Shown one piece after another: positions 10,892-19,446 of a stretch of 64,000 nucleotides of DNA (positions are counted from its first letter, which is position 1; the number at the start of each line of letters is the position of its first letter). The notes under the pieces were generated by a model. That model was given only the letters and a program-made list of their open reading frames with translations. It had not been told where the DNA came from and did no database searches. The DNA comes from Eubacteriales bacterium (GTDB lineage Bacteria; Bacillota; Clostridia; Oscillospirales; CAG-272). The stretch is from contig JAZUPD010000018.1 in assembly GCA_045604985.1 (NCBI GenBank), forward strand, positions 57,793-121,792. Reading direction: 5' to 3'. The position numbers and the translations under genes are program-made.

Positions 10892-12658
10892 TCAGTTTGT
10901 GTCAAACTGGCTGTTATAAAGCCTGCTATAAAAGCCGTCTGCGGCGAGAAGCTCTTCATGGTTACCCTTTTCAATAACGTTTCCGTCCTTCATAACCAGA
11001 ATAATATCCGCTTCTCTGATGGTTGAAAGTCTATGGGCAACGATAAAGGTCGTTCTGCCCTCCATCATATGGGCAAAAGCTTTTTGGATACGGATTTCGG
11101 TACGGGTGTCGATGGATGAGGTGGCCTCGTCAAGAATGAGCATTGGAGGCAGACAAAGCATGACTCTGGCAATGCAGAGAAGCTGCTTCTGCCCCTGAGA
11201 AAGGCTTCCGCCATCCTCGCCGATCTCGGTGTCATAGCCCTTTGGAAGTCTCTTTATAAAGCTATGGGCGTGTGCTGCCTTTGCTGCTTCTATAATTTCC
11301 TCGTCTGTGGCATCGGGCTTGCCCATTTTTATATTGTCTCTAACAGTTCCCGCAGCAAGCCACGTGTCCTGGAGCACCATTCCAACGGATGAACGAAGAT
11401 CCTGCCTTCTCATGTCCCGTGTCTCAACTCCGTCAAGGTATATTTTGCCTTCTTGGACGTCATAAAAACGCATAAGAAGGTTTATGACCGTTGTTTTTCC
11501 GCACCCGGTAGGACCAACGATAGCAATTCTCTGCCCGGGCTTTACGTCAAGCGACAGGTTACGGATAAGCTTCTGCTCGGGGGAATAGGAAAATGACACG
11601 TTTTCTATTTTCACTTCCCCCTTTACATTGTCGATCGAAACGGTATCTTCCCTATCGGGGGTCTGTGGTTTTTCGGCAATGAAATCGAAGATCCTGCTTG
11701 CACAGGCAAGTGAATTCTGAAGCTCGGTAATAACTCCCGATATCTCGTTAAAGGGCTTTGTATATTGGTTTGCATAGCTGAGAAAGACCGAAAGAGAACC
11801 AACCGACATGTTTCCGATAATTCCGACTTTTCCGATGACGGAAAGCGCTCCGAAGCATCCCACAGCCGCATAAACAACGCTGTTTACAAATCTGGTTGAG
11901 GGATTTACGAGGGATGAGAAAAAGGTTGCTTTAAGTGAGTATTTTACAAGCCTGTCGTCTATCTCGCAGTATTTTTCCATCATCTCGTCCTCTCGACCAA
12001 ATGCCTTTACAACTTTTTGCTGACCGATAGCCTCGTCGATAAGAGCGGTCTGATCGCCTCTCGTTTCGCTCTGCAGCCTGAACATATCATACGTGTGTTT
12101 TGAAACATATCTTGCAACGAAAAGCGAAAGAGGTGTCAAAACCACAACGATAAGGGCAATTATGGGGCTGAGAGAAAACATAAACATCAGAGTTCCGAGT
12201 ATTGTCAGAACTCCCGTAAAGAGCTGTGTAAAGCCAAGAAGAAGTCCGTCGGCAAAGGTATCAACATCGCTGACTATTCTGCTGATCACATCGCCAAAGT
12301 TATGAGAATCTATATAGGAAAATGGAAGCCTCTGAAGCTTTTCAAATGCTGCGCGACGCACGTCTCTTATTACCTCAAAGGTGATCTTATTGTTGATCGT
12401 GCTGATTATCCATGTGAGAATCGCAGTGATCAATACTGCGATTGCACCTCTGATAAGCAGCGGCACAAGCCCCTCAAAATCAACTTTTCCCGCCTCAATC
12501 ATAAGGTCTATCGCTTGTCCTATGAGGATGGGAAGATATAGGGTGAGGAAAACGCTTGCGCCCGAAAGTATTATCGAAATGACTGTCAGAAAAGCATAGG
12601 GCTTTAAAAATTCCAGCACACGGCGAAGAACGCTTTTTGTACTTTTTTGATCTTTCAC
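10892..12658 (-). CDS. ABC transporter ATP-binding/permease protein (exporter half-transporter, subunit 2)
   Basis: N-terminal 6-TM domain plus NBD (Walker A GPTGCGKTT, signature LSQGQKQ, Walker B ILILDEATS). The ORF track start at 12715 overlaps the upstream gene by 60 nt. I prefer the GTG at 12658, in a GTGA stop/start overlap preceded by GGAGGGAG. Confidence 0.85.
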   Translation of the reverse strand: MKDQKSTKSVLRRVLEFLKPYAFLTVISIILSGASVFLTLYLPILIGQAIDLMIEAGKVDFEGLVPLLIRGAIAVLITAILTWIISTINNKITFEVIRDVRRAAFEKLQRLPFSYIDSHNFGDVISRIVSDVDTFADGLLLGFTQLFTGVLTILGTLMFMFSLSPIIALIVVVLTPLSLFVARYVSKHTYDMFRLQSETRGDQTALIDEAIGQQKVVKAFGREDEMMEKYCEIDDRLVKYSLKATFFSSLVNPSTRFVNSVVYAAVGCFGALSVIGKVGIIGNMSVGSLSVFLSYANQYTKPFNEISGVITELQNSLACASRIFDFIAEKPQTPDREDTVSIDNVKGEVKIENVSFSYSPEQKLIRNLSLDVKPGQRIAIVGPTGCGKTTVINLLMRFYDVQEGKIYLDGVETRDMRRQDLRSSVGMVLQDTWLAAGTVRDNIKMGKPDATDEEIIEAAKAAHAHSFIKRLPKGYDTEIGEDGGSLSQGQKQLLCIARVMLCLPPMLILDEATSSIDTRTEIRIQKAFAHMMEGRTTFIVAHRLSTIREADIILVMKDGNVIEKGNHEELLAADGFYSRLYNSQFDTN

Positions 12659-14427
12659 GCCTTTTCTCCCTCCTTTTTGAACTGAGATTGATGTATCTCT
12701 CGGTAAACGGGGCAACTGCGGAGAAGCGACGCATGATCACCCATTCCCACCTGCGCTCCGTCGTCAAGGACGATTACCTTATCCGCATTCTTTATGGACG
12801 AGGTCCGCTGGGAAATGATGAAGATTGTTGGGTTATAATCAAGAGAACCGATGGCTTTTCTCAATGCCGCATCCGTTGCAAAATCCAGTGCGCTGGAACT
12901 GTCGTCAAGTATAAGCACTTGGGGACGGCGAACCAGAGCTCTTGCGATCGTTAGTCTCTGTCTTTGACCGCCTGAAAAATTTCTGCCGTTTTGTTCGACC
13001 TTTTCATCAAGCCCGTCCTCCTTTGCAGAAACGAAATCTGCGCTTTGCGAGACTTCAAGAGCCTCTTTTATGTCCTCATCCGAGGCATTTTCATTGCCCC
13101 AAAGGAGATTTTCTTTAATAGTTCCTCTGAAAAGCTCTGCCTTTTGAGGTACGATACCGATAAGTGAACGGAGCGTTTCTATATCGAGACTGTTAATATT
13201 TTTTCCATTTACGAGGATTTCGCCCTCGCTTGCGTCATAAAAACGGGGAATAAGGTTCACAAGGGAGCTTTTTCCCGATCCCGTACCGCCGATAATGCCA
13301 ACGGTCTCGCCTTTTTTCACTGAAAAATCAATTCCTTCAAGGGCATTTTCAGAGGATGAAGCGTACCGTAAATTTACATTTCTGAAGCAGATGCTATCTA
13401 TTTGTGAAAGCTTTTCAGAGCATTCCTTTGTCTCCATAGAGGAGTTTATCTCAAAGACCTTTTCCATTCTATGCTCAGAAGCAACGCTCTTCGTGATGGT
13501 GATGATAAGATTTGCGAATTTTACAAGCTCAACAAGTATTTGGGACATATAGTTATAGAGGGCGATGACTGCACCTTGGGTAAGAATACCTGTATCGACC
13601 CTTATCGCACCCACATAGATAAGAACAAGTACGGCAAAATTTATTAGAACATATGTTAGAGGATTCATGAGGGCGGAAATTCTTCCGACTCTTTCCTGCT
13701 CTGCGGAAAGCTCCTCGCTTTTTGAGTCAAAGCGCTTCTTTTCCTCGTTCTCTCGGCAAAAGGCTCTTATAACTCTCGCTCCCGTAAGGTTTTCACGGGT
13801 GATCGAAAGCACGCTGTCAAGTCTTGACTGCACATTTTTGTAAAGGGGGATGCAAATAAGCATTATTCCGAAAACAACGATTGAAAGGGCAGGGATAACC
13901 GCTGCAAAGGTAAGAGCGGTCTTTACGTCAATGGTAAACGCCATAATCATTGCGCCGAAAACGATGAATGGCGAGCGTATAAAGAGACGCAAAGTAAGAT
14001 TTATTCCGTTCTGCACCTGGTTTGCATCGCTTGTCATTCGAGTAATAAGAGTTGAGGTGCCTGCGCTGTCAAGCTTGGTAAAGGAAAGTGACTGAATATG
14101 CGAGAGCATATCACGCTTTATGCCCGAGGTGATGCAAACCGCAGCCTTTGCGGAAAAATACTGTGCGATCACGGTGCTGGTAAGTCCCAGAACGCCGAGA
14201 AGTATGAGAACAAAGGACATCCCCACGATATATCCGCTTCTACCCTCGCCAATACCCACATCTATCATCTGTTTCATAACAAGGGGAACTCCAAGCTCAA
14301 AGCTTGCCTCAAAGAGCTTGAAGAGAGGGCCGCAGATGACTTCCTTTGTATATTTTTTAGAATGTTTTATAAGATGCTTCAATTTAAGCCTTTCCCTTCT
14401 TTGTCGATCATCATAATTGTAACACAA
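12655..14427 (-). CDS. ABC transporter ATP-binding/permease protein (exporter half-transporter, subunit 1)
   Basis: TMD plus NBD (Walker A GGTGSGKSS, signature FSGGQRQR, Walker B VLILDDSSS). The alternative TTG start at 14382 (MKHLIKHSKKY) has the better RBS (GGGAAAGG). Translationally coupled to the downstream paralogue, so likely a heterodimeric exporter. Confidence 0.85.
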   Translation of the reverse strand: MCYNYDDRQRRERLKLKHLIKHSKKYTKEVICGPLFKLFEASFELGVPLVMKQMIDVGIGEGRSGYIVGMSFVLILLGVLGLTSTVIAQYFSAKAAVCITSGIKRDMLSHIQSLSFTKLDSAGTSTLITRMTSDANQVQNGINLTLRLFIRSPFIVFGAMIMAFTIDVKTALTFAAVIPALSIVVFGIMLICIPLYKNVQSRLDSVLSITRENLTGARVIRAFCRENEEKKRFDSKSEELSAEQERVGRISALMNPLTYVLINFAVLVLIYVGAIRVDTGILTQGAVIALYNYMSQILVELVKFANLIITITKSVASEHRMEKVFEINSSMETKECSEKLSQIDSICFRNVNLRYASSSENALEGIDFSVKKGETVGIIGGTGSGKSSLVNLIPRFYDASEGEILVNGKNINSLDIETLRSLIGIVPQKAELFRGTIKENLLWGNENASDEDIKEALEVSQSADFVSAKEDGLDEKVEQNGRNFSGGQRQRLTIARALVRRPQVLILDDSSSALDFATDAALRKAIGSLDYNPTIFIISQRTSSIKNADKVIVLDDGAQVGMGDHASLLRSCPVYREIHQSQFKKEGEKA

Positions 14428-14498
14428 AAATCTCGTTTTGTACAGAGCTTTCTTAAATTTTGTTTTTCTAAATTAAATGTTAATGTGGTCTTATCACA

Positions 14499-14527
14499 TT
14501 GACATTTTTCGTCTCCTGTGTTATAAT
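14499..14527 (+). promoter_or_regulatory. Sigma-70-type promoter of the two-component operon (TTGACA-17-TATAAT)
   Basis: TTGACA at 14499-14504, a 17-nt spacer, and TATAAT at 14522-14527. This leaves a ~170-nt leader before the ATG at 14705. Confidence 0.5.
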
Positions 14528-14704
14528 ATATCAGCAGTTAAAGAACACAAAGAACGGCAGTATAATAATGTTGCGGCTCGATTGCGATGAGGCTTTTTTG
14601 ATCGTTATAAAGAAAGGTCTCAAAATAAGGGGCGGTTATATAGATCCTTATGGACTGATAAAAGTAAAAATAGTAAAAAAATCATGGAAACAAGGAGAAT
14701 TTAT

Positions 14705-15385
14705 ATGATTTTTTGCGTTGAAGACGACAATGGCATCAGAAATATGATGCTCTATACACTCGGTGTCTCAGGCTTTGAGGCTCTCGGCTTTTGCGACGGT
14801 GCGGCACTTTTTGAAGCACTTAAGGAAAATACCCCCGAGCTTATCATGCTCGATATCATGCTTCCTGGCGATGACGGGTTAACTATTCTCAAAAGACTTC
14901 GTTCGCAAACGGCAACCGCCGATATTCCTATCATCATGGCAACCGCAAAGGGTACGGAATACGATAAGGTCATCGGGCTTGATCTGGGCGCAGACGACTA
15001 TCTTGCAAAGCCCTTTGGGATGATGGAGATGGTTTCAAGGGTCAAGGCGGTGCTTCGCCGAGCTAATCGTCAGGTCCTCGAAAATAAGAAGCTTCTCCGG
15101 ATGGGAGCACTTGAGCTTGATCTGGATCAGCATACCGCAAGTGCAAGAGGAGAGAGACTCCAGCTTACTTTCAAGGAATTTGAGATGCTTTGCCTTTTCA
15201 TGCAAAATGTCGGCAGAGTCTTCACCCGTGAACAGCTTCTTTCTTCGGTTTGGGGGGTAGATTTTATGGGCGAAACCAGAACGGTTGATGTTCATATCGG
15301 AACATTGCGCGAAAAGCTTGGCTCTTGCTCGGATTACATAGAAACAGTGCGCGGAGTGGGCTACCGAATGGAAAAGATCCTCTGA
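14705..15385 (+). CDS. OmpR/PhoB-family response regulator
   Basis: Receiver domain (MLDIMLPGDDGL, ATAKG) plus winged-helix effector domain (TVDVHIGTLREKL, VRGVGYRM). Start moved to the ATG at 14705, which follows AAGGAGA. Confidence 0.9.
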   Translation: MIFCVEDDNGIRNMMLYTLGVSGFEALGFCDGAALFEALKENTPELIMLDIMLPGDDGLTILKRLRSQTATADIPIIMATAKGTEYDKVIGLDLGADDYLAKPFGMMEMVSRVKAVLRRANRQVLENKKLLRMGALELDLDQHTASARGERLQLTFKEFEMLCLFMQNVGRVFTREQLLSSVWGVDFMGETRTVDVHIGTLREKLGSCSDYIETVRGVGYRMEKIL

Positions 15386-15409
15386 AAAACATCTTAAACG
15401 GAGGTTGAA

Positions 15410-16642
15410 ATGAAAAAAAGAGTCACGAAAACAGTTCTTATGATCATTTTTACCCTGATGGTCGGCGGAATGTTTATGATACTGCTCTCGGTAGCGAAAA
15501 AAGATGCACTAAGCACCGTTATCGGTATTGGAATTATGACGAGTCTGCTCTGTGCAACCTCTGCTATTCTGCTTTATAACGGCATTATTCGACCTTATTC
15601 CATAAAAAATGCAGAGCAGAGGGCAGAGCTTGAGCTTGTGCAAAGCAGCCTTACTGTTGCCTCGGACAGAATGAACGAGGGGCTTGTTCTGATCGACAAA
15701 AATTTCTATATCATAAGCCTCAACAGGCGTGCTATGCAGCTTCTTCAAACGGGGACAAACTGCGTTGGAAGCGACATACGAAGCATTGCCGCTCCCTTTG
15801 GCGCAGAGGAGCTTTTTGAAAGGGCAAAGAGCGGTGAGCATGTTGAAAAACTTATAGAATTCAACAGCCTCGAATATCAGATAAAGGTCAGCTCTATCGG
15901 AAGCGACAAAGATACCGATGGCTATGTTATGTTGATCTTTGACGCAACGGAGAGGGAAAGATCGGAAAAAATTCGCCGTGAATTTACCGCAAATGTTTCT
16001 CATGAGCTGAAAACCCCGCTTCATTCTATACTCGGCTGTGCGGAGCTTTTGCAGAGCGGAATGGTAAAGCCTGAAAACTCAAGAGAGTTTACAGACCAAA
16101 TATATTCCGAGGCAAGGAGAATGGTGCGCCTTATCGAAGATATTATGAATCTATCAAAGCTCGATGAAGGCTCTGCAGATCTTAAAAGAATTGAAGTTGA
16201 CCTGTTTGAGATCGCCAAAAGTGCGGTTAAGACTCTTGAAAGCGAGGCTGAACGCGCGTCTGTTACCATTACGGCAGAGGGCGAAAGCTCAATGATGAAC
16301 GGGATACCTCATCTGCTGGGAGGTATCGTGCTAAATCTCTGCGATAACGCAATCAAATATAACAAAGAAAAGGGCAGAGTAGACGTAAAGGTTCATAACG
16401 AGGACGGCTCCGCAGTCCTTTCGGTTATTGATACGGGAATAGGTATTCCGGGAGAGCATCAGACGAGAGTTTTTGAGCGCTTTTACCGAGTTGATAAAAG
16501 CCACTCCAAGGAGGTCGGCGGCACGGGGCTTGGTCTTTCCATTGTAAAGCATTCTGCGAAGATCCATGGTGCAAAGATCGAAATGCAAAGCACCCCCGGC
16601 GAGGGTACGACAATAACTCTCCGTTTTCCGAAATCAATGTAA
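15410..16642 (+). CDS. Sensor histidine kinase (PhoR-like: 2 TM, PAS-like domain, HisKA, HATPase)
   Basis: H-box FTANVSHELKTPL, N-box DNAIKYN, G-boxes IDTGIGI and GGTGLGLSIVK. Two N-terminal TM helices. Confidence 0.9.
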   Translation: MKKRVTKTVLMIIFTLMVGGMFMILLSVAKKDALSTVIGIGIMTSLLCATSAILLYNGIIRPYSIKNAEQRAELELVQSSLTVASDRMNEGLVLIDKNFYIISLNRRAMQLLQTGTNCVGSDIRSIAAPFGAEELFERAKSGEHVEKLIEFNSLEYQIKVSSIGSDKDTDGYVMLIFDATERERSEKIRREFTANVSHELKTPLHSILGCAELLQSGMVKPENSREFTDQIYSEARRMVRLIEDIMNLSKLDEGSADLKRIEVDLFEIAKSAVKTLESEAERASVTITAEGESSMMNGIPHLLGGIVLNLCDNAIKYNKEKGRVDVKVHNEDGSAVLSVIDTGIGIPGEHQTRVFERFYRVDKSHSKEVGGTGLGLSIVKHSAKIHGAKIEMQSTPGEGTTITLRFPKSM

Positions 16643-16647
16643 AAAGA

Positions 16648-16681
16648 GTGAGCTGAGTTTTTACTCAGCTCACGTTTTTTG
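16648..16681 (+). terminator. Rho-independent terminator after the kinase gene
   Basis: GTGAGCTGAG-ttttta-CTCAGCTCAC followed by a T-run. Confidence 0.75.
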
Positions 16682-16756
16682 TTTAACGAAATGAAAAATT
16701 AGGATTTATTGTCGTGTGAAGAGGGAGTAAGGGAGTTATTTGTATCGGTTGATTAT

Positions 16757-18139
16757 TTATTTTCTGAGCCCCTTGGGGTAATAATTTTTCGCCTCACCCG
16801 AGGTGACTTTTGCGCCGCCGATGGCAGCAGTTCCATATAAAACTGCAACAAAGCCGTTTTCAAACTCCGTCTTTATGCTCTCACCATGAAGATATTTTTT
16901 TACTCGTTCGTCCTCAGGCAAAAGAGATATTTTGCGCTCCATGAGTCCGCCGTATGCGGTGAAGAAATTATGATGCGGCACAAGTCTTCCCTTTTGAACA
17001 CTGCCAACAGCAACACCGGGGCATTTTACCGAGCGAGGCATTGTTATCCTCGGCGCAAGATAGTAATTTCCGTCATGAAAAAGGGCTAGCTCGTATTTTT
17101 CGATCTCCGCAATTCCTTCATCCGTCAGAACTTCCCTTAAAAAATCTCTTACGATGTGGATATTCGGATCGGGCTTCGGACTTTTTTTCTTTTTGCCGTC
17201 CTTTTTTTCTTCCTTCTTGACGCTTTGGGTATCAGCATTGCAGTCCCTTCGCATAAGCGCAATAAATTGTCCCTCGCCCCTTGAGATATGAGGGTAAAAA
17301 CGGCGGCAAAGCTTCATTTTGTCACCGTATTGCAAAAGACCGTCCGCAGTGGCTTCTCTAACCGAATCCTTAACGGGAACGAGATGAAAATCGGGGTTTT
17401 CTTCAAGGAAGGAGGCGACTTGCATCTCATTTTCTTCGGGTGCAAACGTGCAGGTGGAATATAGGAGCATGCCGCCTCTTTTTACTGTATGGACGATGTT
17501 TTTAAGTATCTCTTTTTGGCGTTCGGCGCACATTTTTAAATTTTCCATGCTCCATTCGTTAACGGCAAGTGGGTTTTTTCGCATCATTCCCTCACCCGAG
17601 CAGGGGGCATCGACTATGACAAGGTCAAATTCGTCATCGTATGTATCGCCTATCTCGGCAGAATCTGCATTCGTTATCACAGCGTTGCGTATTCCAAGCC
17701 GCTCAACGTTCTGAGCGAGGACGTTGCATCTTTTTCGGTCAATCTCGTTTGAGACGATAAATCCATCACCGCAAAGAAGAGCGGCTGCTTGAGTGGTTTT
17801 TCCGCCGGGGGCGGCACAAAGGTCGAGTATCTTCATGCCCGGTCTTATATCGACAGCCGCCACAGCAGCCATTGCCGACGGCTCTTGAATGTATATTGCG
17901 CCGCTGTGATGTAGAGGATGTGAGCCGATATGCTCGCACTCAAAAATATATCCATGATCGCAAAAGGGAAGCTTTTCGAGTTTCAGAGTTTCCTCAGACG
18001 CAAGTGCCTGTGCCGAGTATTTTAGCGTGTTCACCCTGAGAGATCTTACGACTTCGGAGTCCATTGCGGAAAGAAATGCGGGAAAATCATCCCTTAGCAG
18101 ATTCTTCATTCTTTCTTCAAATTCTATGGGAAGCTTCAT
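16757..18139 (-). CDS. RsmB/RsmF-family rRNA (cytosine-C5) methyltransferase
   Basis: NOL1/NOP2/Sun motifs DLCAAPGGKT, DAPCSGEGM and YSTCTF. Start moved to the ATG at 18139 (MKLPIEFEERM), which follows GAGGT. Confidence 0.85.
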   Translation of the reverse strand: MKLPIEFEERMKNLLRDDFPAFLSAMDSEVVRSLRVNTLKYSAQALASEETLKLEKLPFCDHGYIFECEHIGSHPLHHSGAIYIQEPSAMAAVAAVDIRPGMKILDLCAAPGGKTTQAAALLCGDGFIVSNEIDRKRCNVLAQNVERLGIRNAVITNADSAEIGDTYDDEFDLVIVDAPCSGEGMMRKNPLAVNEWSMENLKMCAERQKEILKNIVHTVKRGGMLLYSTCTFAPEENEMQVASFLEENPDFHLVPVKDSVREATADGLLQYGDKMKLCRRFYPHISRGEGQFIALMRRDCNADTQSVKKEEKKDGKKKKSPKPDPNIHIVRDFLREVLTDEGIAEIEKYELALFHDGNYYLAPRITMPRSVKCPGVAVGSVQKGRLVPHHNFFTAYGGLMERKISLLPEDERVKKYLHGESIKTEFENGFVAVLYGTAAIGGAKVTSGEAKNYYPKGLRK

Positions 18140-18284
18140 TTTTACCTCGTATTTTAAGATTTCTACCGATATTTTACCATACAAAATTAACTAAAGCAAG
18201 ATTTTTTTCGATGTTCACAAAATTCTCTTTTTTTTTTTTACACAATGTGGTATCATTATAGAAAAAGCGAAAGGATGAAAGCAA

Positions 18285-18788
18285 ATGCACGATAAACTCA
18301 CAAGCGTAGATATAAAAAAGATGCAGGAGGAGATAGATTATAGGGCAAAGGAGCTGCGTCCAAAGCTTCTTGAGGAAGTCAAGAGAACGAGAGAATACGG
18401 AGATCTGAGCGAAAACGCCGAATATAAGGAAGCAAAGCGAGAAAAAAATCGCAATGAAAGCAGGATAAGATATCTGAAAAATATGATAGAGACTGCCGTT
18501 ATAATTGAGATCGACGGGAAAAGCGAGGAGATCGGCCTTTTCGACAAGGTTGAGCTTTATTACGAGATGAACGGAATGACAAAGAGGATACAACTGGTCA
18601 CGACTCTGCGTCAGGATGTTACGAATGGTTATATCAGCGGAGAATCACCTCTCGGCAAGGCACTTATCGGTAAAAAAACAGGTGACCGAGTCTATGTTGA
18701 AGTGACTCCCGACAGGAGCTTTTATGTTCAGATAAAGAGTGTGGAAAAGAGCGGGGACGATGATTCTCTGCCCATAAACTCATTCTGA
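18285..18788 (+). CDS. greA: Transcription elongation factor GreA
   Basis: 167 aa. Coiled-coil N-terminus with the acidic-tip motif GDLSENAEYKEAK and a C-terminal FKBP-like domain (ISGESPLGKALIGKKTGD). Confidence 0.9.
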   Translation: MHDKLTSVDIKKMQEEIDYRAKELRPKLLEEVKRTREYGDLSENAEYKEAKREKNRNESRIRYLKNMIETAVIIEIDGKSEEIGLFDKVELYYEMNGMTKRIQLVTTLRQDVTNGYISGESPLGKALIGKKTGDRVYVEVTPDRSFYVQIKSVEKSGDDDSLPINSF

Positions 18789-18789
18789 T

Positions 18790-19341
18790 ATGGCGCATTA
18801 TAAAAGCGAGCGGGGCGGATTTGAATATACAGTCACCAGAAAAAAGGTGAAAAACATCAATTTGAGGATAAGGGAGAATGGAAGCGTTACTGTTTCTGCG
18901 CCATGCTCTACCCCTGAGCGGGTCATAATTTCCTTTGTGGAAGAAAAAAGCTCAAAAATAGCCGAAATTCTTACAAATTTGCCACCGCAATCGCCTCAAA
19001 AGAGATATACCAAAGAGGAAAAAGAGCGTTTTCTTGAAAGAGCCGAGAGCGTTTGCAGAAAAATCGAGCCGCTTTTCTTTGAGGGGGAATATGAAAAGCC
19101 CAAAATTGAGCTTTGCTCGGGAAAGAGCAGACATGGCTACTGCGTCCCCTCAAAAAATCTTATAAGGCTCAATATTTCGCTTTCCGATCATTCCGATGAT
19201 GTCCTCGAATTTGTAGCAATGCACGAATATTGTCATTTTCTCTGCCCGAATCATTCTGCAGCTTTTTATTTTGAGCTGACACGAAGAATGCCCGATTGGA
19301 GAAGAAGAAAGGTGATTCTTCAAAGTGCAAAACCTCAATAA
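18790..19341 (+). CDS. M48-family / YgjP-like (DUF45) metallopeptidase
   Basis: 183 aa with the HExxH motif (AMHEYCHF) and a C-terminal PDWRRRK, typical of the YgjP/DUF45 family. Confidence 0.75.
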   Translation: MAHYKSERGGFEYTVTRKKVKNINLRIRENGSVTVSAPCSTPERVIISFVEEKSSKIAEILTNLPPQSPQKRYTKEEKERFLERAESVCRKIEPLFFEGEYEKPKIELCSGKSRHGYCVPSKNLIRLNISLSDHSDDVLEFVAMHEYCHFLCPNHSAAFYFELTRRMPDWRRRKVILQSAKPQ

Positions 19342-19353
19342 TTGTCAAAAAAC

Positions 19354-19382
19354 TTGACAAATAAAACAAAAAGGGTTACAAT
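19354..19382 (+). promoter_or_regulatory. Sigma-70-type promoter (TTGACA-17-TACAAT) of the dockerin-protein gene
   Basis: TTGACA at 19354-19359, a 17-nt spacer, and TACAAT at 19377-19382. The -35 element is one arm of the inverted repeat TTGTCAA-aaaac-TTGACAA (19342-19360). Confidence 0.5.
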
Positions 19383-19446
19383 AGAACTTACAATACTAAC
19401 GTTTTGAAAGCTTTTGTCAAAACACGGCAAGAAAGGAATTTTAAAG

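Noticed and set aside
14528-14704. The ~170-nt leader of the two-component operon as a riboswitch or attenuator
   Set aside because: I could not fold a convincing terminator/antiterminator or recognise a conserved RNA motif. The putative stem around 14573-14598 has mismatches.
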